Under the pieces are notes generated by a model that worked only from the letters and a program-made list of their open reading frames with translations, had not been told where the DNA came from and searched no databases. A DNA stretch of 51,147 nt from a virus (Duplodnaviria > Caudoviricetes). The number at the start of each line of letters is the position of its first letter. Positions within the stretch are counted from its first letter, which is position 1. The position numbers were made by a program, and so were the translations under genes. Below are positions 20,501-27,323 of the stretch, piece after piece. The stretch is from the IMG/VR virus record IMGVR_UViG_3300030372_004704, positions 1-51,147 of that record; one strand, given 5' to 3'.

Positions 20501-20961
20501 GCACCCATCATAGGAACTGAACGCTTGTTTAAAGCAGCAGCTGTTTTAGCTAACATAGGGAGTCTAGCCATTTTTAATGGTCCAGCAGCAACCCCTGGAG
20601 CAAAACCAACTAAATGACCTATACTACGAAAAATAGACTCATATTCATTATCAGGAGGGTCTCCAATATCAAATGTAGTAAATCCTCCAAAGAATCCTTT
20701 TCCAAATTCTTTCATTGCTCCCATTATACTAAAGTCTCCCTTATAAAAAGGGATATTATAGTATACTGCATGTTTTTGGATTCTATCTACTTGTTCTTTT
20801 GAAATTACTGCAGGATTTTTCTTATAAGCTTCTATTAAAGTTCTTAGATTAGCTTCAGAAATAGAAGGGTTAAAACCTTCTTCTGTGGCTGCATTGTCCC
20901 CAATAGGATTGTATGGGCTATTTTGAAATGTGGGAAGCTCATAACCTAATTCGTTAGGCAT
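11590..20961 (-). CDS. Giant virion protein, putative virion-packaged two-barrel RNA polymerase with SLOG-like domain
   Basis: GGADLDGD (DxDGD at 16405-16419) preceded by VRVP, VDGMIIVR and ESSVKQ, as in single-chain two-barrel polymerases. SGAAEGSD...GGTGWA...AAIGTR SLOG-like domain. Located in the ejection-protein block. Confidence 0.75.
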   Translation of the reverse strand: MPNELGYELPTFQNSPYNPIGDNAATEEGFNPSISEANLRTLIEAYKKNPAVISKEQVDRIQKHAVYYNIPFYKGDFSIMGAMKEFGKGFFGGFTTFDIGDPPDNEYESIFRSIGHLVGFAPGVAAGPLKMARLPMLAKTAAALNKRSVPMMGANWLTKKAKGVIKPALSSATLGRSEAVKTASNFLLGGQAKHMAEGAFHLGAASAISSWQQGVDAMMHSAFGGAVAGGAFRAMGNFINTGDKAADKIVRGLSGSLFMGIPATARGATTPEQVYEYLLGAYFGGKEMPWYKAKAMKQLDKIERESQKNPELAVTKDPRLLEKWSSFEPEVQKELLKQVEKIYGNPDERAAAAHLLMQKLGILDKKTKLPTPEGFTELKKVVGGQELVRLTTPNKVVHHGISGAAEGSDTHWALIGKDYDIPFVHYSFKGHKAKKSAGMIRPLTEAELAEANIKIKKADESLNRLKGKKAKDFTNKLLQRNWWQVKTSNGLYAVGKIVKAGTEIQGGTGWATQMAIDAGKKHVYAWDTASKKWHRYDYKLKKFRMLDKTPKLVKRFAAIGTRKLSNAGKKAIEDIYAVTFGKKKARTNKRAEAVSEKDINIIPPEKLKKINELNDQADILSQELEIYLKDSTDKNLSASQRKTAEKEAKKIARQIEEIEKELKDETYSTVKEEDLETSESQDGNDIGMASKRQLEKRAVYFIDKYGKELWDSPGFTPTMKLAKKAHYASILEDIIGKSEYSGKNKKVDSEGILDEFNDHLMKADGFSLGITPAAKNNLRQWLTLKNFGTQLRYLRVDDRGVSIAGLDKVYTRAGNKKLVIEPKKIIEEVYEEMGGKSTDKEPAFVIFDTITEGKTGAYQDLPLSRYRQLSERENWEGPSYKSVISKVFKNMLKKGYYPYGGRGDADAIIFVKMHPLLKNKSQMNFFVKALEKNLGQKGLKQIQDGMGVFKKAYGLDKNVKEMYYSNLLYDINMNGFRPDYINPNLKSKYKTKAAQQRFWDNIVKDFVTENKEFISSATAMNKRNQIWFTPGWKSDPEFIKEYMESRNGKKNFVDDLVESDGDLLYKYAIVKDVDKSLKRKLKLNDKNTDDETSVDGMIIVRDDVVDALNADAGQPPSGQNKSFITSPDGVLGALLGKYMMHSAGPTATKSMQKKGLHFIMQESSVKQTGKREVGNYSVDKKGNLTLDAIEYLLPVKDVKYNYSVLQDHHMLNPRRIPKQLFMSMGKNAFSEFSNEMINDFFTETIYNRFVGKHKYNKMVDDYLNNPRKEDLEVILNNMENIGIDNLLHAIKHGHSEFSELAYAKLMKFNREAMREMVASGEMSQERMTEIDNNLIEFNSGTDRLIKETKAWSVKQKIKGKEGDITPVLLHKYIRPFRVQVIRNYIMENLAKPKIKNSALARMRGYDKWMQQKFPELNTRDDIFYLDEAYRALKLDTHIKGFEKTTLGDLWYAYNKKGKNWRFRKDAEEVMRALTVRVPMDSTSGAQVLKFKGFTGRKGHGVLMHGRAMKAEGGADLDGDEAHIFFGGRKSGKGDGFKKSWKDAWFKNKEEFYDNKKEYTYDNKNEKVRKELTIQDSISETGIDPKVRDSAVWKYMPGWRVMISERARDGRNQLGSASNNVQLLKAFHNALLEKGQETFTKNKDKYVITPKKDVTGARKLASSMIAFSSDPLDEAGLKNHKLWFTKLYDAYFDVAKNGKKIRLTESDFDDLSYNGMYNSIRKMNQGMFSRNWSSDRAFNMHEINTMTESINNKVMWPNDNVKNTMLPKLAEIANGIDYSDSVYRRIKTGSLEESYINHADLVAKYPDLIKALGRFTATVKPNAYVKNVKDNLLWNDAAIDIISKSYPKFVNAIKGTYFAHKLTARELKDNTYKNILERKRILEKLRNLSEDFVINDFTDMVSFKVLSKYFDQIDSNKFKEIHKFTEKLKKDSYLMAKGRKELMEAFYSMDRTDPKFREFWNDLIKTHEKVYGKEETKKVFPKGKIEKPVEDISALKDQLEIDAALKSFKEKLTPIEKKITDILMLNSFRRGAIEKINELDKKWGKRYKDDPLYEDLMHHLKMKDAKTSVSKLGLNSKEVSSEVVQEFFGEYSKSMKKTWEKPTELDSEVNNKTKEGTVNESFIDKKVEGTEIDEIFSGFEGLEKADLSVLSSEKRQIITELAENLKFYNNKLGKDLNALTRGMFEKDLNAMNLADFADMNAYFKEVRGGTIWQKLFGEKTPDMRKRYWWQFPATVGREMMKYDIMFLKGKGLFKKKGGEVVEGDVRKPTNVIEAAQNILGRMSEQGVQEGERLVGQLRQHLAFLDGIKDGEALRRIAVAEAEVSEVNRIFGSKEIPNELKGIQADEYRKKYKQELKDGDYNNKRDKEYIVTNSEGQRETLTGKQIVEKVKEVYDSHFAEMYKTIEGEPGAMDKYIIGFYDLNKQEPIIDHKAFVKDVMKSFNKGEGIPLKYGLTPLRHLSRSMMIEQAKIMGNQKLLTKLLKFKINPVGRIRKGYYPHLFFSKSKALDALQRAHDYIKNLPENVMSKEEKLIQIQKLITKSKTLTGDWMTGTENWELFDKAVENIKTREGSDPIAAFDNANQMTGSMNSRMAHVGGWSIDAAAAETYTRNQVNTYYKQFSQIMSRDLLNKFTKKAMSKPHEWHKIKDYGDKTSLLTRWQNWLKLYISESMGSPSIIPDFILNDPKMKVKGTPYAWWADNNVKDKANKIAKKLGLRGKNLLTVKHDLERVDYNDIRHWSNLEAKFELMSLLAHPKSAVANIFGGSLHTIQSTGLEYLRKARSVSELQKINPEWKSLKDVDAFVVKHGVLPEFIVAELGLGREAQAANVKNFIADISKKITATGEMSKETLRDINRKHKVSESIMSKAAKFMSVPERALRRDAFMAHYIKAWERFGGAIKNPDHPFLVELAKKGVKATQFLYSAPYRPSFARTALGKVMTRFQLWSWNAVRFRNDVYREAKVRGYRRGTAEFERFKRTMQTDLFVLALANVFAYSLFDSALPAPYNWLKDTSEWVFGDENERNKAFFGTWPTAIAPLQMITPPIMRLPVAGLRAFLDNDYEKLANYHVYTMLPFGRMVRDVSPLAKGNLIENPNRLLEKLMGFPLGDLTALKKQIQKGETFHPRGK

Positions 20962-20969
20962 AAATCCTC

Positions 20970-22136
20970 CTAATATATAACTTCTGGTTTACCTATAAAC
21001 GATTGGTCGGGAGCTACATTGGCACCTTCATCACCTCCACCAAATAAACTATATGCTGAACCTCCGCCTTGAACAATTCCTATAAGAGATTTAACTAAAC
21101 CTGATTTTACTTTACCTGACATAATATCTTTAACTCCTGAAGTAAGAAACGTACCCCCAACACCAACGCCTGTTACATCTCCTGCAAACCGAGCATCTTC
21201 TGGGTCAAATCCAAGTAAATCTTCTGCTCCCCATTCAACTAACTGCGGAGCAAACCCTGCAGCTACTTGTGTAGTTGTTCCAAATTTACCAGATTTACCT
21301 TTCCATTTTGAATATCTACTTTTAGGCTTTTCTAAATTATCAACCATATCTTTAGCTTTGGCTAAATTATTTTTATATTGAGTAGTTTGAGTTTTGAAAC
21401 CTTTTGAATTTTTAAATTTCGTATATTCAGGATTAGCAACTCTTTTACCATTTATTACTTTAGTTTTTGGAATTTTCTTTCCTGTTGCTTTATCTCTAGG
21501 ATGATTTTTGTCAACATATTTTTTATACTTCTCTTCAGCTTTGTTTTTTATTCTATCAGATTCTTTTATCTTTTTATTGTACTCATCCATCCCAGGTTTT
21601 CCAAATAAAAACTCACTACCTGCTGTAGCTCCAATAACACCAGCTGGTATCAACCAAGGGTTATCTTCCATAAACTGTCCCCAAGTTCGATGAGCTGTAG
21701 GGTTGTATCTTTCTCTAAATACAGTAGAATTTTCTCCACCATCTGCTGTTGCATTTATAAGTTTATTTCTTAAATGAGGATTTTCTCTTAAAACTTCATG
21801 AATCTTATCTAAAGGCATACCGCCTGCTTCAGCATTTGATAAATGCTTTAAAAACTGAGTATTTTGATTTTGTTTTAAAGAATCATAGTATTTTTTAAAT
21901 GTAACATAGTCAGCTTTTACTCCTCTAGACCTTGCTCCTTTTGCAAAATCTTGCCACATTTCATTTAATGGAGGTAATGCATTATTTCTTTCATTATAGC
22001 TACCCTCACTATTTGCTGCATCCCAATTAAATCCCCCTGAATTTGGAGTATACACAGGTAATTTAGAATTAAAATATTCCTGCATGTAAGCATTAGTTTG
22101 CTGATTTTTTAGTTCTTGAAAATTTATCCTAGTCAT
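20970..22136 (-). CDS. Putative internal virion/ejection protein
   Basis: 388 aa with Gly-rich hydrophobic segments and a basic coiled region; function inferred from position. Confidence 0.4.
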   Translation of the reverse strand: MTRINFQELKNQQTNAYMQEYFNSKLPVYTPNSGGFNWDAANSEGSYNERNNALPPLNEMWQDFAKGARSRGVKADYVTFKKYYDSLKQNQNTQFLKHLSNAEAGGMPLDKIHEVLRENPHLRNKLINATADGGENSTVFRERYNPTAHRTWGQFMEDNPWLIPAGVIGATAGSEFLFGKPGMDEYNKKIKESDRIKNKAEEKYKKYVDKNHPRDKATGKKIPKTKVINGKRVANPEYTKFKNSKGFKTQTTQYKNNLAKAKDMVDNLEKPKSRYSKWKGKSGKFGTTTQVAAGFAPQLVEWGAEDLLGFDPEDARFAGDVTGVGVGGTFLTSGVKDIMSGKVKSGLVKSLIGIVQGGGSAYSLFGGGDEGANVAPDQSFIGKPEVIY

Positions 22137-22140
22137 TCTA

Positions 22141-23064
22141 TCACCTTAATTTAATTGTTTGGCCAACAGATATATTACTTATATCAGATATATTAGGATT
22201 TAAAGTCATTAAAGTATCTCTATCTAATCCATACTTATAAGCTATAGTATCAAACTTATCACCCTTTTGTACAAGGTGTACACCTTCTGTAGGAATAGGT
22301 ACTTGTTGTATATTAGGGTAAGGACTTGGGTCAGAGCTTTGGTAACCAGGAAGTTTTTTTGCTATATCCCCTATATATCCCTTTAATTTATTATAACCTG
22401 TAGCATCCATTGCTCCAGATATTACTTTATCAATACCAGTTCCTGTTAAATCAGTAGTATTATCTACTCGATGACTAAAATCAAAGTTAGGGTTAAAACC
22501 CGTTTGTTTACCTGACCTATATGTATATTTAGGGTCTAATAATGCCCCTATCATGCTTTTTGGAGCTTTATATGTTAAGCCTTCTCCTCCCATAATATTC
22601 TCTTTCCAATCCATGTCAAAAGTAGCTTCAAATTTATCTCTATCATCACCTTGTTGACCATAAAATGGAGTGTGATAAAGAACTTCTCCAGGAGAAGTTT
22701 CTTTAGGATATCCTGAACCTGGCCATCCCTTCCAATCTTTTTCATCAGTGTCATAATAAGAAAGCATTCCTAAGTCATTAGTTTTAAATTCTGTCCCATC
22801 TAAAGCTGCTTTTAATAAAGGATTTGATTCAGCAAATTCTCCATATGTTTTATAATCACCATCAGAGCCACCAAGTTCATCTCTCCAATAACTTCTTCCA
22901 TATCCTGTTATATATTCTCCAGCATTTTTTGCTTCTATATCATCTCTTCCAAAAACCTTTTCTGAGCCCATAGCTAACCCTTGGCCTATATTATAACCTG
23001 TATCTTCAGCTGTTTTTGCTGCTAAATAACCAGGTATTTGTAAAGGTGACCAATCTAATGCCAT
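22141..23064 (-). CDS. LysM-domain virion protein
   Basis: C-terminal HLVQKGDKFDTIAYKYGLDRDTLMTLNPNISDISNISVGQTIKL is a canonical LysM. Confidence 0.85.
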   Translation of the reverse strand: MALDWSPLQIPGYLAAKTAEDTGYNIGQGLAMGSEKVFGRDDIEAKNAGEYITGYGRSYWRDELGGSDGDYKTYGEFAESNPLLKAALDGTEFKTNDLGMLSYYDTDEKDWKGWPGSGYPKETSPGEVLYHTPFYGQQGDDRDKFEATFDMDWKENIMGGEGLTYKAPKSMIGALLDPKYTYRSGKQTGFNPNFDFSHRVDNTTDLTGTGIDKVISGAMDATGYNKLKGYIGDIAKKLPGYQSSDPSPYPNIQQVPIPTEGVHLVQKGDKFDTIAYKYGLDRDTLMTLNPNISDISNISVGQTIKLR

Positions 23065-23477
23065 TAATAACCTGCCTTATTCATCATACCACTTAATATT
23101 GATGATTTATCTACATTCCAATTAGTATCTATAGCTGGATTAACTTGCCAAGGCTCAGGATTAAGAGGCTTAAAAGCTTCTGCTTCCCAAGGTTCTTTTT
23201 CTTCCTCTTCAGGATTTAGTGTTGTTATACCAGTTCTATTAGGATTGTTTTTATTTTGCCAATTAGTAAAACCTTGGCTAAAGTTATTAAATGAATTAGT
23301 AGCATTTCCAAGCATTCCTTGAAAAGAACCGCCTACATTTTGTAGCATTTTAAGTAATCCTGGTAAGAATTGACCTTGTAAGTGCTGTTGTTGGCTTATA
23401 GGTTTATAACCTACAGAAAAAGGATTTTGACCACCTGAACGAGGACTATTAGCTGTGCTAAAAGGATTATCACTCAT
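23064..23477 (-). CDS. Hypothetical low-complexity (N/Q/P-rich) virion protein
   Basis: 137-aa ORF, TAATG-coupled on both sides. Confidence 0.55.
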   Translation of the reverse strand: MSDNPFSTANSPRSGGQNPFSVGYKPISQQQHLQGQFLPGLLKMLQNVGGSFQGMLGNATNSFNNFSQGFTNWQNKNNPNRTGITTLNPEEEEKEPWEAEAFKPLNPEPWQVNPAIDTNWNVDKSSILSGMMNKAGY

Positions 23478-24019
23478 TAAACCATTCCCTCAATTCCGCC
23501 TTCTATTAAACCTTGTCCCATACCCATAGTACCTTGAGTTATTAAAGAAGCTTTCATAGCATCATTTTGAATTTGTCCTTGAGCCATATTTTCTCCATAT
23601 GCTCTTAAATTTTTAATAAAACTATCAAGTAAAGAGCCACCAAACTTTTGATTTTGTTGGAATACAGATTGAAAGCTATCTTCTGCATTAGCCATTACCT
23701 TATGGTATAAGTTTTGTGTATTTTGGTTTGCTATACCAGAGAAGCCACCAAGACCTCCACTAGCTAAATTACGTGCATTTTGTAAATTAGCTGAGCCAGC
23801 AAAATCAAGAAAGTTATCTCTTATATTTTGCCGAATATCTTGGTTTCTTTGGCTGTTTATATTTAGAAATTCTGAAGATAAATCTTTATAGTCACCTATA
23901 CTAGTTTTCCATTCATCTAAATGTCCTTTAACATTATCCATAGTATTTCTAAGCTGATGTTGTCCAGCAATACCTCCAGCAATGCTAAGTAAACCTCCGC
24001 CAATTATAGCAGGCCACAT
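23477..24019 (-). CDS. Putative ejection/DNA pilot-type protein
   Basis: N-terminal MWPAIIGGGLLSIAGGIAG and a Gly/Gln/Asn-rich helical body, typical of podoviral small ejection proteins. Confidence 0.5.
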   Translation of the reverse strand: MWPAIIGGGLLSIAGGIAGQHQLRNTMDNVKGHLDEWKTSIGDYKDLSSEFLNINSQRNQDIRQNIRDNFLDFAGSANLQNARNLASGGLGGFSGIANQNTQNLYHKVMANAEDSFQSVFQQNQKFGGSLLDSFIKNLRAYGENMAQGQIQNDAMKASLITQGTMGMGQGLIEGGIEGMV

Positions 24020-24035
24020 ATATAAAACTCCTTAC

Positions 24036-24079
24036 TTTTTATCATTTTAATATAACACATTTATTAATAAATTCCAAAC
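24036..24079 (-). promoter_or_regulatory. Sigma70-like promoter, copy 2
   Basis: - strand GTTTGGAA-N17-TATATTAA-AA-TGATAAAAA, upstream of the ejection/RNAP block. Confidence 0.7.
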
Positions 24080-24086
24080 ATTTTAT

Positions 24087-27000
24087 TTACGCCCAAGCTC
24101 CTGTTACTGTAACACTAAAATTATAAGTGCTTGTACCTGTATCTTCAGTCTTAGCAAATCCTACAAATAATCCATCTCCTTCACTAAATGTATTACTAAC
24201 AGAAACGTCTTGAGTAGTATAGTAATATTTATTAGTTGCTCCCATAGCATTAGTTGCTGTTCCTATTTCTGTAAGTGCTATAGAACTTTGGTCATCAGAT
24301 AAGGTTCCTTTGAATACAACTATCTTCATTGCATCAGAAACAGCAGTAGCTCTAGTAACTATTCTAATATTAGTTATTTTACCATCAGCAGGAGCTATCC
24401 ATTCTACTGCAGGTACATCTGAATATAGATAACCTCCACCTACAGATGCAGATAAAACATTAGCCCATGTTTCATCACCTTTATAAGACGACATATAATA
24501 ACTTGTATCAGATGTTCTACAATAACCACCTGTTGTAAATGTCCATGCTTCATTCATTATACTTTTCAATGTTTGTTTTTTAACTATATGAGAAGTATCA
24601 ATAGTAAGTATTTTTGCAGTATCCGTATCAACAGTACTAGTTACAATACTAGGCATTTTAATTTCACCTAAATGATTTACTGTAAATCTAGGAGTATAAG
24701 TTCCACTACTTGTTTCGTCTTCACAATGTAATAAAAATACATTTTTAAAATCAGCTACTCCATTAGTAGCCCATACTCTTCTTGTTTTTAGAATAGCATG
24801 TTCATCAGTCGTATTAGAGCTACCTACTGAAGGCGCATTAAATGTTTGTTGAATTAAACACATATGGGTACTAGTTCCGCCAGAAGATGTAGGACTAGAA
24901 CCGCTTTCTATTCTAACAGAACTATAAGAATTATCTCCAGCTATTCTAGCTTCATTAGCATCAGAAGCATCGTGTCCAAAAGCTTGTAAATCCATTGCAT
25001 CTTTCATATCAGATAAATCACCCGCTGATAATACTGTCCTTACCTCTGCATCTACATTTATTTTGGAAACATCAAGAGTTGGTATTCTATCAGCAGATAA
25101 TGTACCACTACCTATATTACTAGCATTAGTAGCATCTGTATTAGGAACATTACCAAGACCTATATCGCCTTTATCTAAATCTTCACCATCAATTTTATAC
25201 ATACTACCTGAAGTTAAATCTAAATTTCCATCACATTCTATTTTACCACTTCCATTAGCATTCAATTGTATATCAGCATCTGCACCGTCAACTATAGTTA
25301 TATTACCAGTAGTACTATTACCTGTCTTTAATACAAGGTTATGGTTACCATTTGATATAACATTACCCGCACCACTACCACTACCTACTGTTATATCTGC
25401 AGCTATAGCAGCTGAACCATCAAAGTTATTACCATATATAGACCTTGCTGTTTTTAAGGTAGTTGCATCGGCAGCTAATGTAGCAGCTGCTGCAGTTCCA
25501 CTTGTGTTTTGGTTCCCAGCAGTATTAACTCCAGGCAAATCTATATTACCACTTCCATCAAAAGATACTCCACCTATATTTCTAGCAGTCTCTAAAATAG
25601 TAGCCTCAGCTGCTGTTCCTGAAGTATTTTGATTACCTGCAGAATTTACACCAGGTAAATCTATATTTGCTGAACCGTTAAATGATACGCCTCCAATATT
25701 CCTAGCGGTTTCCAAAACAGTTGCTTCTGCCGCAGTTCCGCTTGTATCTGCTGCATTATTAGGTATATCACCACTAACTAACGCTCCTACAGAAAGAGTT
25801 CCATTACTACTTGTTGTTTTAACTATACCATTACTAGTTGTATTTAATGCTGTTGCTTTAGCGGCTAATGTTGCTGTTGCTGCTAAACCACTTGTATTTT
25901 GGTTACCTGCTGTATTAACTCCTGGAAGATTTATAGATGCAGAACCATCAAAGCTTACTCCGCCAATATCTCTAGCTGTTGCTAAAGTAGTAGCATCTGC
26001 TGCAAGTGTTGCGGTAGCTGCATTTCCTGAAGTATCTTGATTGCCTCCTGTATTAACTCCTGGTAGATTAATATTGCCTGTTCCATCAAAAGAGACACCA
26101 CCAATGTTTCTAGCAGTAGCTAATGCATCAGTTTTAGCTGCATAAGTTTTATATAATATCCATTCACCAGAACCTATCTCATCATCACCAGCTGCAGTTG
26201 CTACATATAATTTATTATCATCGTTAGTATCAAACCATAAATCTCCAGCTGCTAATGCTGTAGGTATTCCATCTTGCCTAAAAACTTTTACTTGAGCTTG
26301 ATTTAATACATTACCTAATCCTACATCACTTTTACTTGTATTAGAATTTAATAAAGTAGTTATAGCAGTTAATCCTGTACCTCCATTTCCTACAGGAAGA
26401 GTACCAGTTACATCATTTGCCATATCTACATTACTTAAACTATTTCCTGTGCCATTAGCATCAAATGTTTTATTTGTTAGTGTATGTGTAGAAGATGCAG
26501 ATATACCACCTATATCTGTTGCTACTGTATCGCCTTCTAATGCTGTGCCTCCAGATGTCCCTATAGCAAGACTGCTTGTACCTGCACCTATGTCGCTTCT
26601 AAATTGCGAATCTGTTCTAATGGTAATAGTTTCATTATCATTAATTTTAATGAATCTTTCTCCACTACCATCTGCTATTCCTAATAACGCTTTACCTACA
26701 GCAGTTGTAGATGTTACACCTGTTCCGCCTTTATTTTCTGCTATTACAGTACCTTCCCATACTCCACTACTAATAGTTCCTAACTCTGTTATGTCTAATG
26801 CATTTACATTGGCTAACGTTGCACTTACTTTAGCTGTATTTGCTGTAACAGAACTGTTATTAGATACCTCTGTATCAAAATCTGATACTTTAGAAGCTGT
26901 TATTGTCGGTATTTCTGCAGCATCAAGAGATATTCTATCGTTATCTATTGTCCCTGTAGTTATTTTTGATGCATCTAAATTAGGTATTCTGGCTGTATTT

Positions 27001-27323
27001 AATGTGCCTCTAGTAATATGGTTAGCACTTGTAGTATCTTTATTTTTTAATTTGTCTAAATTTAATTCTTTTTTTAAATTATTAGATAATGCCCTTTCGG
27101 ATTGTTTAGTTCCATCACCCGCTATTAAAGAATTTGTAGAATATTCTTTATTTTCCTGATTTAAAATTAATTGTAAGAAACCTTCTTTTGTTTTCTTTAA
27201 AGAGACTTTATCAGAACTATCAGCTATTCTATTTAATTCTCTATATATATCTTGCAGAATATTATTTAGCTGTTTTAAGTCTAAATCTCTTAAAGTTTGT
27301 ACAGTTATTCTATTCTTTTTCAT
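24087..27323 (-). CDS. Tail fibre / receptor-binding protein
   Basis: 1078 aa, Thr/Gly/Ala/Ser-rich. IPNLDASKITTG, DVGLGNV and AGDLWFDT fibre motifs plus internal repeats. Confidence 0.8.
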   Translation of the reverse strand: MKKNRITVQTLRDLDLKQLNNILQDIYRELNRIADSSDKVSLKKTKEGFLQLILNQENKEYSTNSLIAGDGTKQSERALSNNLKKELNLDKLKNKDTTSANHITRGTLNTARIPNLDASKITTGTIDNDRISLDAAEIPTITASKVSDFDTEVSNNSSVTANTAKVSATLANVNALDITELGTISSGVWEGTVIAENKGGTGVTSTTAVGKALLGIADGSGERFIKINDNETITIRTDSQFRSDIGAGTSSLAIGTSGGTALEGDTVATDIGGISASSTHTLTNKTFDANGTGNSLSNVDMANDVTGTLPVGNGGTGLTAITTLLNSNTSKSDVGLGNVLNQAQVKVFRQDGIPTALAAGDLWFDTNDDNKLYVATAAGDDEIGSGEWILYKTYAAKTDALATARNIGGVSFDGTGNINLPGVNTGGNQDTSGNAATATLAADATTLATARDIGGVSFDGSASINLPGVNTAGNQNTSGLAATATLAAKATALNTTSNGIVKTTSSNGTLSVGALVSGDIPNNAADTSGTAAEATVLETARNIGGVSFNGSANIDLPGVNSAGNQNTSGTAAEATILETARNIGGVSFDGSGNIDLPGVNTAGNQNTSGTAAAATLAADATTLKTARSIYGNNFDGSAAIAADITVGSGSGAGNVISNGNHNLVLKTGNSTTGNITIVDGADADIQLNANGSGKIECDGNLDLTSGSMYKIDGEDLDKGDIGLGNVPNTDATNASNIGSGTLSADRIPTLDVSKINVDAEVRTVLSAGDLSDMKDAMDLQAFGHDASDANEARIAGDNSYSSVRIESGSSPTSSGGTSTHMCLIQQTFNAPSVGSSNTTDEHAILKTRRVWATNGVADFKNVFLLHCEDETSSGTYTPRFTVNHLGEIKMPSIVTSTVDTDTAKILTIDTSHIVKKQTLKSIMNEAWTFTTGGYCRTSDTSYYMSSYKGDETWANVLSASVGGGYLYSDVPAVEWIAPADGKITNIRIVTRATAVSDAMKIVVFKGTLSDDQSSIALTEIGTATNAMGATNKYYYTTQDVSVSNTFSEGDGLFVGFAKTEDTGTSTYNFSVTVTGAWA
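25410..26130 (-). repeat. Intragenic tail-fibre repeats (approximate bounds)
   Basis: Four copies of L(A/E)TAR(N/D)IGGVSF(D/N)GxxxI(N/D)LPGVNxxGNQ(N/D)TSG plus one degenerate copy (LKTARSIYGNNFDGS). Confidence 0.85.

Noticed and set aside
24087-24600. Diversity-generating retroelement acting on the tail fibre tip
   Set aside because: I found no reverse transcriptase and no template/variable repeat pair.
25063-27159. Long + strand ORFs (189 aa and 236 aa) inside the tail fibre gene
   Set aside because: They are antisense shadows of Thr/Ala/Gly/Ser-rich codons, with no SD and no recognisable protein features.
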